From the NCBI GenBank assembly GCA_030770535.1, contig JASVEC010000025.1, forward strand, positions 682,001-746,000: a DNA stretch of 64,000 nt. Direction: 5' to 3'. Each line of letters starts with the position of its first letter. The first letter of the stretch is position 1. The notes under the pieces are model-generated. The model saw only the letters and a list, made by a program, of their open reading frames with translations, ran no database searches and was not told the DNA's origin. This document shows, piece after piece, positions 50,572 through 62,876 of the stretch. A program made the position numbers and the translations under genes. The DNA is from Batkoa obscura. Taxonomy: Eukaryota.

Positions 50572-51959
50572 ATATGTAATGATAGTAGTTGCTATCTCCA
50601 AATAAGTTAAAATCAGAAAATGTTAATATCAAAATACTGAGTTATAAACTATATCAGTAAAATTTATTTAACAAGAAATCCAATCATTAATCAAAATTGA
50701 AATTTACTATTTTAATTAATTAATGATATTGGTTGTTTAACTAGAAATATCTAAGAAAATTGTGAAGAATCTAAATGAATCTTTTTTCTTTTGAAAGGCC
50801 AAAGCATAATGTGCTTTATTAGCTAAAATAAATTTAAATACTTAAGTCAATGAGCAGAGGGCAAGACAATTATCGAGAATTATCTGGTAAGCTAGAAATT
50901 GTGACCAGTAATTAATTACCTTTAAAAGAATTAGGTAGGTAAAATGGAAACTGAATCATTTCTGTCTTCGAGATAATTTTTCGCATATGTAGAGAGAGAT
51001 AGGGTTAAACAGTAGTTATTTTCAAAACGATCTAGTTGTAAAACTTTACAGCTTTGATGTAAGATTTAAAGAGCTATTAAAAAGAGGGGAGCTTTGAATA
51101 ACTCAAATTGAGCAAAGAGAGTTGCGATACCATCAGAGAATGTAGCATAGTGAAGTGGTAAAAGCGGAAAGAGATTAAAAGAGCTAAATATATGTGATCA
51201 GAGATGGAGGGTTATAGACCTAATAAGTTAACTTCTATAATTTTAAATTATATATATATATAAAATAAAAAAATAACATGAGTATTTTGGCTCAATATAT
51301 ACTTTATAAAGTTAGTAATAATTTGATTATCTTTATTGATGAATTATATAATGATCCTATGAATTTTCATATATAAATGGTGTTAAATATGAGGTATCAG
51401 TCTTTATATTAACTTTTGGACTAAAGGAGCGGTTGAAGTAATATTTGGTTTATTCATACCAGCTTCAAAAGGCAACAAATAAGTTAAGAGAATAGTGTTA
51501 TAAATATATCGGATTTTAATTAAAGGAATATGATCTTATACTATTTGTATCAATTTTCGATAATGAAAACAACAATAATAGTAATGATTTAAATTGTACC
51601 GCTTAAAATAACTATCAAAATCAATTAAATTCTATAGTTAATCAATTAGATTTATTTATTTAATTACCAACTAATAGTTAATAATAACATAATAATATTA
51701 ATAAAGATAAATCTTCAAAATTTGATAAAATATTAAATAAAGTTTATTCGACTCTTTACAAAGAGTTTATTGAAAGGGAAGCCAGTAGCTTTGGAAAAAG
51801 TACAAATAAAATTTTAATTGGATTTGTAATAGGCCTAGTAAAAACTCGGAATACTAAAGCTGTCTTATATTCCAAACTAAGCTAATTAATATAATAGCTT
51901 AGGATTTTACAAATTGAAATTATTTTGCTAAATCATTATAAATCGTATATAAGCATATT

Positions 51960-53832
51960 AAATATATAAAATATAATAAAAGTATTAAACTAAAAAAAGA
52001 AATTGAGGTAAATTTAGCGAAACAAATTAATTGTAACAGTAACGCTTTAGAAATATTAGATTTAAATGGAGATATTTTACTTTAGAAATACCACTAAACC
52101 TGTATTCAATCCTATTTATATGATAATACTTAGCTTTTAACAAAGCCTTACTGCAATTATTAAGATAGTGAATATGACAATACATAGATTTAACACATTG
52201 ATAGTAAATACTTTTACATGGGAAAATCTTCATTTCTAATATTCATTAAAAAACTATTGGCTGAAAGTAGAAAACCAATATTACCACCAAACTGCAATAT
52301 TTTAAAAATAGGATTTATTCTAAGAATTTTTGCAAAGAAATAGCTAAGATTTTACAATTTATTACTGTGCAAAATTTATAAGTTATAGAATTCAAAAGTA
52401 ATGAACTGGAAATTTTTAAGATCCAACCATTCATTTTTTGATCACTTAATCATTGAACAATATGGGTCGTAATGTTAGTTATTTTTATGCACCTGGCGAA
52501 CAATCTTATCATTTTTCTCCATGCCATCCTATGGAGCCTGTTCGTGTTGATATGACCCATGAGCTTGTCAAAAACTATAATTTATTTGACTCTTTAAGTG
52601 TCTTTATTTATAATAAAGCAACTGAAAACCAACTGAAGGCTATTCATTCTCCAGAATACATTGATTATATTCGCAATTTTACGCCATCCACTATAAATAA
52701 AAATTATAACACAAATAAAAGGACACATACTTTAGATGAAGACTGTCCATTATTTAAAGGTGTATATGACTACATGTCAAGTATAGTTGGAGGAAGTTTA
52801 CTTTGTGCTAAAAGTATCAATGAAGGTACTTCAGATATCTGTATCAATTGGGCAGGTGGTATGCATCATGCTAAAAAGGCAAGTGCATCTGGTTTTTGCT
52901 TTGCTAATGATATTGTAGCATGTATTGTAGATCTTTTGAGATATCATCAACGTGTGTTATATATTGATATTGATGTTCATCATGGTGATGGTGTTGAGCA
53001 ATTCTTTTATGAAAGTAATCGAGTTATGACCTTATCTTTTCATCAATATGGAGACTTTTTCCCAGCTACTGGAGAAACTAAAGAAAGTGGAAGTGGGATT
53101 GGAACAAATTATTCAATTAACGTTCCTTTAAAAAGGGGTATTAATGATCAAGATTACGAAACAATCTTCAATAAAATTGTTTTTGGATCTATAAGTCGAT
53201 ATAATCCTGAGGTAATTGTATTACAAATGGGAGCTGATTCAGTTGCAGGTGATCGACTTGGAGGGTTTAACTTATCCAATAAAGGACATTCACAATGTTT
53301 AAATTATGTTAAATCATTTAATTTACCTTTAGTTGTGCTTGGTGGAGGTGGTTATACTACTCAAAATGTAGCTAGAACTTGGACATTAGAAACTGGGGTA
53401 GCATTGGGTGTTGAGTTAGATGATATGCTACCAAAGAATTCATTTATTGGAACAGATGGATGGAAAGCTAATTTAGAAATTAAAGCAAATGATAATATAG
53501 CCAATCTGAATACAAAAAAAGATATTGCTGATACAATCCAACAAGTCATGGAAGTACTCAAAAGAGCGGAAATTGCACCTTCTGTACAACTTCAAAATAT
53601 ACCAAAAGATTGGTATAATATTGATGTAGATAGCGATGAGATAGAGATGGATCCTAAAACTGAGTATGCATCCCACTTCAACTCAGATAATCATAATCTA
53701 GCTCATAATCATAGTCGAAATGAGAGTTATGATAGTTCACCAGCTAAAAAATCAAAAACATATTTTGAATGGTCATAGTGGTTTATGCACTAATCAATTT
53801 TATCTTTTTCCTTCTACACCTTTACCCTTTCA
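51960..53832 (+). repeat. Right arm of ~1.9 kb near-identical inverted repeat
   Basis: Reverse complement of 34464-36336. Confidence 0.95.
52462..53778 (+). CDS. Class I (Rpd3/Hos2-like) histone deacetylase, copy B; protein identical to copy A
   Basis: Translation identical to the 34518-35843 ORF. Confidence 0.95.
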   Translation: MGRNVSYFYAPGEQSYHFSPCHPMEPVRVDMTHELVKNYNLFDSLSVFIYNKATENQLKAIHSPEYIDYIRNFTPSTINKNYNTNKRTHTLDEDCPLFKGVYDYMSSIVGGSLLCAKSINEGTSDICINWAGGMHHAKKASASGFCFANDIVACIVDLLRYHQRVLYIDIDVHHGDGVEQFFYESNRVMTLSFHQYGDFFPATGETKESGSGIGTNYSINVPLKRGINDQDYETIFNKIVFGSISRYNPEVIVLQMGADSVAGDRLGGFNLSNKGHSQCLNYVKSFNLPLVVLGGGGYTTQNVARTWTLETGVALGVELDDMLPKNSFIGTDGWKANLEIKANDNIANLNTKKDIADTIQQVMEVLKRAEIAPSVQLQNIPKDWYNIDVDSDEIEMDPKTEYASHFNSDNHNLAHNHSRNESYDSSPAKKSKTYFEWS

Positions 53833-54122
53833 CTCTTGTTTCTCGAATGTTATTTTTTATTTCTATCAATTTAAAAAGTGATTTTTTTTAATTTACAGCT
53901 TTATTAATAAAGCTTTTGTCCCATTTTATCAATAGTTTTAATTTTCTTGTTTATATGTACTGTAAACTGAAGCTTTCATTAAATTCTTTAATATATTTCA
54001 TATGGTTTTTATTTTAATACATTATAGTTATGGTTCTTTTTAATTTTTAACTTTTAATTTTTAATTTTTTATTGAAATACTACATTTTGTGAATGAAAAA
54101 ATAATTTTTCAATTTTTAATAT

Positions 54123-54221
54123 GGGGGATGTATTTTTTGTTTAAGAATTTTACTAACAATATTTCTGCACAAATAGCGCTTAAAAAATAGAAAAAGTAAT
54201 GAAACCAAAAAAAACACCCTC
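54123..54221 (+). mobile_element. MITE copy
   Basis: Full TIRs; ATAT/ATAT. Confidence 0.9.
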
Positions 54222-55218
54222 ATATAGCTTAAAAAAAATCAATTCTCCAAAAAACCAAATTTACATATGCGATTATTTGTAATTTTTAACACTTAGTCTT
54301 GTTAACTCCACTTTTACATGTAGGAGCTTCTTAAAGCAGGTTATTTGGTATGACTTAGCAGAATTCAAAGTTTATTTAAAAAAATGTTAGTCTTCTCATG
54401 AATTTTTGAGCATGTTGCTCTGATTATATGAATCCATGATTTAGTCTAATTTGCTAGTCTTATTTATAATCCTCATACTATATTACTCCCTAATTTAAAA
54501 TCGATTTGTGCTGCATTGCTTTAGTCTGTTTTAAAAAAACAAGGTAAATTCAAGCCTAGAATATAGGGTATTAAACTTGATAAAACATGCTAGGAAATTT
54601 AAAATATGGTTATTGATTTGCTTTAAACTGCTGCAAGAGGACGTAAATAAATTTTGTAAGTGTGATATCTTTATTTTAAAGTATATGCGTATTTATTTTC
54701 ATTACAACTACTTATTCAAATATATTATTTTAATTAAGGCTAAATGGTGGTAAATTAAAAATCTAAAATGATTCAATATTTGCCCATATAAATGATATCA
54801 GGGATTACTAGCATTTTTAATAATCTTAATTTATGACAATTTTGATGAGCTTTTTAAATTTTTCAAACCAGGCTTCAGACTTATACTTCATGTCTAAAGC
54901 TAAGGATCAACTTAAATTAAAGAGAATCTATAAAATTGTGCTTCCTCTAAAAAAAAAGCTAAATTGAATTCATGGCATTATGAAAATTAAAATTTATAGT
55001 CTATAAAAGTAAGTATCCTTATAAAAAACTAGGCTTATTGTAAATATAATTTTTTCTTGGCCTATTTTTATTCACCTTATACCACTTAATCGCCTCTAAA
55101 ACTACTTTTATTTACCATAACTGTGGCTTCCCCATAGGGGGTGTTGTAAAATCAAGTTAACCAGTATATATATAAACAGTTTTTTCGATTGATTAATTAA
55201 TATTATTACTTTAAAAAC

Positions 55219-55971
55219 ATGCTCTATTTTATCTTATTTAATTTATTTGCCCCTATTTTTACCTTAGTGTTAAAGGAGCGTACTTTTGATTTTGATCAAA
55301 ATATGCTACAAAGGAGACATTCTTCTAAATCTCGCTCTAAATCTAATTCTTATGACAGCAAAGGTGGTAGTTACTCTTCGATCCCCGCCTCTTTACCACC
55401 TATCGTATTAGATGATGAATCACAATTACCTGCTGTTCTTAATTCTCTTAACCCTCAAAATATTTATGGTTTAATGTCATCTGGTGGAGCACCTTCTTAT
55501 GGGAGCTCAGGAAGCTCTCCTTCATATGGAAGTACAGGACAAACTCCCTCATATGGAAGTACAGGACAAACTCCTCCTAATGGATCCAATGGCAATTCGC
55601 CTTTAGATTATAATTATATGTTACAAAAAGTCAATCAAGTGAGAGCTCAAAATGGTGCACCCCCTTTAAAATATAATAACTTACTAAATACTGCAGCACA
55701 ACAACATTCTGATGACCAAGCAAGGATTAAAAAGATGAGTCACACAGGGAGTGATGGATCTTCTCCAGATGAACGAGCTGAAAAAGCAGGATACAAATGG
55801 ACATCGGTAGCTGAAAATGTAGCTTGGAACCAGAAAACAGTGGATCAAGTAATGGATGCTTGGGTTAAATCACCAGGCCATTTTAAAAATTTAATTAGCA
55901 AAAAATATACGGACTTTGGAGCTGGGGTTAACAATTATTATTGGACTCAGACTTTTGGTTCAACATCTTAA
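55219..55971 (+). CDS. Secreted CAP/SCP (PR-1-like) domain protein
   Basis: Signal peptide; PSYGSTGQT repeats; VNQVRA..GAPPL...L..AAQQHS..., MSHTGSDGS, ENVA, WVKSPGH..NL, YWTQTFG. Confidence 0.9.
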   Translation: MLYFILFNLFAPIFTLVLKERTFDFDQNMLQRRHSSKSRSKSNSYDSKGGSYSSIPASLPPIVLDDESQLPAVLNSLNPQNIYGLMSSGGAPSYGSSGSSPSYGSTGQTPSYGSTGQTPPNGSNGNSPLDYNYMLQKVNQVRAQNGAPPLKYNNLLNTAAQQHSDDQARIKKMSHTGSDGSSPDERAEKAGYKWTSVAENVAWNQKTVDQVMDAWVKSPGHFKNLISKKYTDFGAGVNNYYWTQTFGSTS

Positions 55972-56589
55972 TCTATCTATTGTAAAAATATTTCTTCTGT
56001 GAAGAATAAATAATTCTAACTTGCTACTTTTTATATTTTTGTTTTTTAAATCTATTTCTTGTTTTGGCTTCTAAAATGCTATTTTCATTATGCTCAAAAA
56101 AATATTCAATTTTAATATCACTCTATTTTATGTAGCAAAAAAAATTTTTTTGAATGTTTATTTTTTAATCACGTTTTCTTTTCACAAATCGTACTAAAAG
56201 GTTTTAGCAGTGAGTTTATTTATAAAAATAATAAAAGTGAAAAAGTGAAAGATCTTACATTGATTTATAAGTCGTTATTATTACATCAAATGCTTTTATC
56301 AAGCTAAAAATGTTTGAATGAGTCGTAAGCCTTCAAGTATAAGGATGCCAAGAGATAGCCATTTAATATAAGTGAAATATAAAGAATTAAAGAATTCTAA
56401 ATAATATTATATATAAAAATAAAACAGAATTCTGCTATAAAACTTGAGCTAAAGATGACCTCATAAAATGATTTAAAGATGATTCAAGGTATAAATAAAG
56501 TGAAATGGGTAGCTAAATAGCTAAAATTGATTAAAATTAGTTGGTTTGAAAAAGTATAAATAGAAGATCAAAGCAATATTGAAACTTAA

Positions 56590-57865
56590 ATGGATTTTAA
56601 AAATATCTTTAACTTTAGATCGGTTATTACTTTCTCAAAAATAAAGTAAGAATATTGTATTATTTGGTAGAAAACTTATACTGTTTTTACAGGAATATAA
56701 AAGATGACATTATATTTCGTAGTAGTAACCTAGGTAGCCTATATTCATATATTTACAATTGAATAATGTTTTGATATTGATTTAAGATAGTGCAGATTCA
56801 AATGAAGTAGAAAAGCTTTTAAAACAATATAAAATTACCACTGTTATTGATTTAAGATCCAAGTAACGTATAAATATGATATAGATATTATATTGCTAAA
56901 ATCTTTATAGAAACGAAATAAAAAACAGTAAAGACTTAAAATTGTTTTTCCCAGTAGCTGTATTTCAAGTAAAAAAGCTAATATTATAAAATTACCTTAT
57001 AATATTGTGATTTAGGACGATCCTTTATCGGCATTAAGTAGTAATCAAGAAAAAGAAGACAAATCGCCTAATAAAGAAGTAGTACAATCTGGGGTAAAAA
57101 CATATGATGAAGCAACAAATAAACAATATGTTCGAAGAACTTATAGAGTAGATTTAGTAAATAAGCAATATAAAAACAAAGTAATTTGGAAGAATTTAAA
57201 ATTTAAAGATGTATTGTAAGTTTCAGTAAATTTGATTGTAAATCCCGAAACTAATGTTTTAGATATTTGTTATACTACTATATTATATTTAAACCTCAAA
57301 AAGGCCATGCTTATATAGCTAGTAAATATATTGCCCCTAAAGGACTTTCTGGGTTATATGTTGATTTAGTTAAATATTCTGGTATTGAAATAGTCAATGT
57401 TTTTAAGAGAATTGAGAAAGTATGTGATCAGCCTTTTTTAGTACATTGTGCCCATGGCAAAGATAGAACTGGGATAATAATAGGTAATAAATAGCTTCTA
57501 TTTGACAAGTGTGTTTTATTTGTTTCATAGCTTTACTTTTGTCTTTATTAAAAGTAGACCGCAACATAATTATTGAAGATTATCTGACTAGTTTACGTTT
57601 GTTAAAAGATGTTAATAAAGAAATAGAGAAGGAAATGATTAAATCAGGTTTAAACCAAGAGTTTTCTTTGGTAACTGAAAAGGTAAATAATATTTATAAA
57701 ACTGTATTATATATCTAAAGAATATTAAATAAATAGGCCATTACTGATATGTTAAATTATATTGACGAAGCATATGGGGGAGTGGATAAATATTTAAATT
57801 TCTACGGATTTTCTTATAATTTACAAGAATCCTTACGTTCTAAGCTTTTGATTCAAAACCCTTAG
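56590..57865 (+). CDS. Tyrosine/dual-specificity phosphatase of the PtpB/IphP-like family, many short exons
   Basis: NFR, IFRSS, TVIDLRS, PFLVHCAHGKDRTG (CX5R), IIEDYL.S, YGGV..YL motifs. Confidence 0.88.
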
Positions 57866-58144
57866 TTAAATTCGTTTATTTATTGAAATAAATAATAACA
57901 TATTATTTCAACTATTGTTCCATTTTTAGTTTGATACTTAAACTTTTAATACATAACTTTAATTTTTTATTCTGTAAAGAACACTATTTTATTATGTTTT
58001 AGCTGATATATTTAAACTATTAAATCATCATATATCATTAGCTTAATAAATTTAAACCAATTAAAATATGATGATTAAATGGCTCAATAATTTTAGTACT
58101 GCTTTATTCTCTATAAAAAATAAGTGTTAATTATATAAATTAAT

Positions 58145-58800
58145 ATGGCGCGAGATAAACAAAATCAATTTCGACCCAATACGTTTGATCCAATATTAAT
58201 AATAGCACAGATAATAGCATATCAATCATGGAACTATTTAAGTTTAAGTTTGTTAATCTTAGCATTTAATTTATTTAGTAATATAAATCATATTTCTTTA
58301 AATCCAATATTTAATCCAACTACATTAACTTTTGGTTATCAACATGCACTTCCTTATTTATTTTTGTTTTTATTAAATACTATATCAAGGTAAGAATAAT
58401 ATAAAGATTATAATGAAAATAATAATCATTTTAAAATAATAAAAGTACGTTAGGTCTAATGGTGATAATCGAACGCGCTAAATTATGTTTAGATTTTGTA
58501 TTAACATATCAATTAATTCATTTATTATTTACAATCGTATATACTCATTCATTTCCAATTTCTTTATTATGGTGGTTGAACTTTCTACTATCTACTCTTA
58601 TTATTACCCTTGGCGGTGAGTATTTATGTTATCATTATGAAACAAAACCAATCCAACTTAGTGGAACAAATAACCGAACTAATAAAGCACCAGAGAATGA
58701 ACAATTTATTCAAAACGTAACTAAGAATGTAGATCAGGATTTATTATTAGAAGAAGGTTTAGAACTCAATTTGTTAAATACGAGTAGTAGTAGAGATTAA
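58145..58800 (+). CDS. SYS1: Golgi integral membrane protein Sys1 (2 exons)
   Basis: FRPNTFDPILIIAQII..Q...Y; IERAKLCLDF; FP.SLLWW; GEYLC...E..PI.L. Confidence 0.9.
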
Positions 58801-58892
58801 ATAATTATATTGTTAGCTATAATAATAAAAATGAAATAAGGCTCAATGTTATAAATAAATTAAGTTTATTATTAAATATTAAATCTTTCTTT

Positions 58893-59982
58893 TTATGCCC
58901 TATTTAAATTTTGTTTCCATTTGTTTTTTAATAAATCCGATATACAATTGAACTGCTTTTGCAACTGTTCTTCTTCTAGTGGCGGGCTCATATTTAAAAT
59001 GGACATCATTTGTAATAATTTGGCTGCTATATCATTATTATATGTAGGTAGTTGTGTTTCATCTTTAAATAATTGTTGAATGGCAACTAAAGAAGAAATC
59101 AATTAACCACTATCATTAGTTAATAATCAAAATAAAACTTACCTTCCAATTTATTCATCAAAGGAGCAATAACATGAATTTTGAAACTATTTAAAGTCAT
59201 TGTTCTAACTGAAGTAAGTTTACTCCTTTTAAGTTGATTCACTTCAATTTGGTGAGGTAAAAATACACCTTCTAAATAAGGTAGTACCGTACCTAAAAAA
59301 AAGGACCAAAGTTCCACCACTCTAGTAGCTATTTTATCCTCATGGATACCGGATAATTTAGCACTTAACGTAAACATACCAGCAGATAATAAACCATTGT
59401 AAATATTATTTGAAAAGGTTACTAGATCGGTTGTTTTTAAACAAGCTCTAGAAAGTAACTAGGTATGAGTTAAATAATAAAATAAATCAACTGAACTTAC
59501 CTTACATTTTCGTTTAGTTCTTCAATTTTACCACCTAACCTTTCACCATTAAATAAAGGCAATACTTTAATAACTAAATGGGGCCAACTTTCTTCTAAGG
59601 TTAAATTATCTTGTACTAAAGAGATATCTCGAGTCATTGATTTAACATCTAAACTGGATAATGACTTTTGTACTGCTGCAGTGGTATAAACACCGGCGTT
59701 AACTAAGTTAGATACTGAATTACTAAATAAACCTTGATTGGTAGCTGTTGTTCCTGTACTTAATAATGAGTTGGCAAGATGTATGTTTAGTGGAGATATT
59801 AAGTTATTCGAAGTTAAGCTAGCTTTACTGGAATTGGAATGAAAAGAATGCATTGGTAATGGACTTTTGGATCCAAAATGAAAGTTACTTGTTTTATAAC
59901 TAGAAGTATAACTGCTCGTGTCGTCCAGTAGATTACTATTTGATGAATTTTCCTTTTGTTTATTGTCACTGTATGGAAGCAT
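58893..59982 (-). CDS. HbrB-domain protein (Bit61/PRR5-like, TORC2-associated), 3 exons
   Basis: W..L.IKVLPLFNGE.L...IEELNE.V; LWSFFLGTVLPYLEGVFLP; VR.M.L.SF...V; KLLQMMSIL. Confidence 0.82.
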
Positions 59983-60345
59983 GATGAAATTTAGTTGATA
60001 TTTTATTGTTAAAGAAATTAAAAGTGCTTTTGATTTTGAATTAAAATTAAAATGATCTAGTTGTCTAATAATAGCATGTTTGGAGTAATTACTATAAATG
60101 ATTTTATTAAAAATCACAATCAATATGTTATGCAATTAACAATAATAATAGAATAAACATGATAAAGTAATGCTTATAGTTTAATGTAATATGATATATT
60201 TAATTCATTTAAAATAGTTATTCAATCCATATAAAATCATTTATTAAACTAATATATTTTATTTACTTTAATAATTCGAAAAAATGATGAGATTTTAGAA
60301 TCAACATTTTTATATTGAATAAAAAAAACTTTGGATGAAACGACA

Positions 60346-61205
60346 TTATTGTTTAGAATCTGCTACAATTTCTTCTACTTCACCTTCTTCTTCAACATAT
60401 CCTTTTCTTGGGCTATCATCTTCTTCTAAAAGAGGGTCACTTGATTTTGTTTGAAGATCCTCAGAAGTAAGTTGAGATTTATTTTTTTTATTTGTTTTAG
60501 ATTTAACCTTTTTTGGTGGTGGTGGTACATCCCAAGCATATAATGGAACAAAAGACTCAAAGAAACCCACATCTTCATAAAGGTTTGGAAATAACCAAAT
60601 GCCTGGAGCAGCTACTACTTTAGTTATAATATAAAGTATAAATCTTATTATAGTAATAACAAATAAAAAGCCTAAAAATCCAAGACCTGCCATGGATAAA
60701 TACCAAGCACCATCTTTCATAAGACTGGGCCATAATGGGAATAATACTACCGCAAAAATACCAGCTAATACTAAAATACCCATAAAATAATTTTTAACTT
60801 GAGAACCTTGATAAATCCAAACATAATAAAAATCTTCTTCATAAGTTTTTTCTTGAGTATAATGTAATTCCCCAGCACCAGACTCTTTTGAACAACGGAT
60901 AACTAATTGGTTTTCAACTAATGGTTTTAATAATTCAATAGCTTCTTCTCTTGTTTCTAATGTTTTATTGATGACCTCTTTTGATTCAGGTTTCATTAAA
61001 GAGTTGATACCACTCTTTCCTTTTGATAATAAATTTAAATTTTTTAAATAAAGTGAATTTGAAATCAAATTTTACCTTTAAAATAGAGAACTCTTTGACC
61101 ATTTAATTTACCTTGACGGGCACGTAAACCTGATTTTTTAGAATCCAAAAGGTAATCGGCTAATTGTTTGACTCCTTTTGGTAGTTGATTTGTAGCTGCA
61201 CTCAT
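60346..61205 (-). CDS. SEC62: Translocation protein Sec62 (2 exons)
   Basis: LNGQRVLYFKGK; YYVWIY; VLFPLWP; WYLS; PGIWLFPNLYEDVGFFESFVPLYAW. Confidence 0.93.
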
Positions 61206-61596
61206 TTTCTTTTAAAACTTGGAGACAATAAAAAGTTATCTTGTATTTACTAAAATAAAGCTTTAAGCTTATTTGTATCACATTCCCACCTTTATGAATC
61301 TTTAACCAATCATTTAATTACTTCTTTTTTTAGTTTCAACCAATTAGATTTCGATACATTCGAAAAACAATGAGTAGAATGCTGGAGATTAATAAAATTA
61401 ATATAAAAATAATTTATTAATAAAATATACATAAAATAGACAGTTTTACTATTTAAGAAATGACAGAGTATTGTTATTAATTTATATTAGTAGAATGCCT
61501 TTATTACTTTTAATTTGTATTTATGATGAATAAGTTATATCTCAATAAATTTTTAATGATTTGAAACCGAAGATAAAATTACTGTTTTAATAAAAT

Positions 61597-61691
61597 GGGG
61601 ATGTATTTTTTTGTTTAAGGATTCTACCAACAATTTTTCCACTCAAATAGGGCTCAAAAATGGAAAAAGTAATGAAATCAAAAACACCCCC
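61597..61691 (+). mobile_element. MITE copy
   Basis: Full TIRs; flanks AAAT/AGAT. Confidence 0.87.
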
Positions 61692-61995
61692 AGATACTAC
61701 CTTTAATAATATTAATAATATTATTAATCCTAAAATACAAATACATTATTATATTATTTATGTATTAAGTAGGATTATGTAAAATTCTCCTCCAAGTATA
61801 CATTTATTATCACTGTGAAATATATTAAAACATAATTTGATTTTAGAATTTTTTTAAAATATCAAAAATAATCAAAAATATTTAAAATTTAGAAAAATAG
61901 AGCCACTTTTATTACATACATTACGTTACACGACATTGAATTATAATATTACTAATCCAGCAATAATATTATAAATTAGATCCTTAAGTAGAGGT

Positions 61996-62803
61996 TTAGC
62001 TTAATATAATTGAAGCTGTACTACCAGGCGGAACAGAAATGGTACATGCCGTATTAATATTATTATTTAAATCTAATACACAAGGCTTATTAATTACTGA
62101 TTGACAGTTATTACATTTAATTTCAATTTTATATAATAAATTGCTACTACTTTTATGTAAATTAATACCAAAGTTGGGATTAACAGTCAATGACATATAT
62201 GTTAAAGATTGAACACCTTGACCAATACCTAATACATAAGGTGCCCAATTACCATATGGTTGATTAGCATCACCCCAAATACATTTACTTGAATCACTAT
62301 TTTTTGGATTAACATAATATTGAGCGGATGTACCTTGCCAATAAGTAGAAGGAGGGGAATTTATTATTTGATTACTACATTGTGGCTCAGCAACAGTTGG
62401 TATAATCATAGCTTCATTTCCTGGATAAACAGTTTGACAAAAAGAAACTGGTTCATTTAATTCTGATTTAATATTAACATTATTTAAAGATAAACTACAT
62501 AATGGTTTATCTTTAAAAGGTAATTGTAAATTACCATTATTATCACAATATAAACCACCATTCATTGAACCACATTCAGGTCCATTAGGACATTTTGAAG
62601 TTGGATCCCATTGACTTGAATAATAACCTGATTTACATGCATAAGGACACCATTTACCATAAGTACATTGTTGATCTGGTGACATAGCCCATCCAGCATT
62701 TAACTGATCTTTTGTTATTGGTATTATTAATGAATCATTAGGTAATTTACATGTTTTACCATTTCCAGTATTATAATTATCATTATTATATGTATTATTG
62801 TAT

Positions 62804-62876
<73 letters not shown>

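Noticed and set aside
1264..61695. Recurrent ~99 bp sequence as a CRISPR array, tRNA/SINE or ncRNA
   Set aside because: Copies are dispersed in both orientations with TIRs and TSDs; there is no repeat-spacer periodicity, no A/B box and no cloverleaf.
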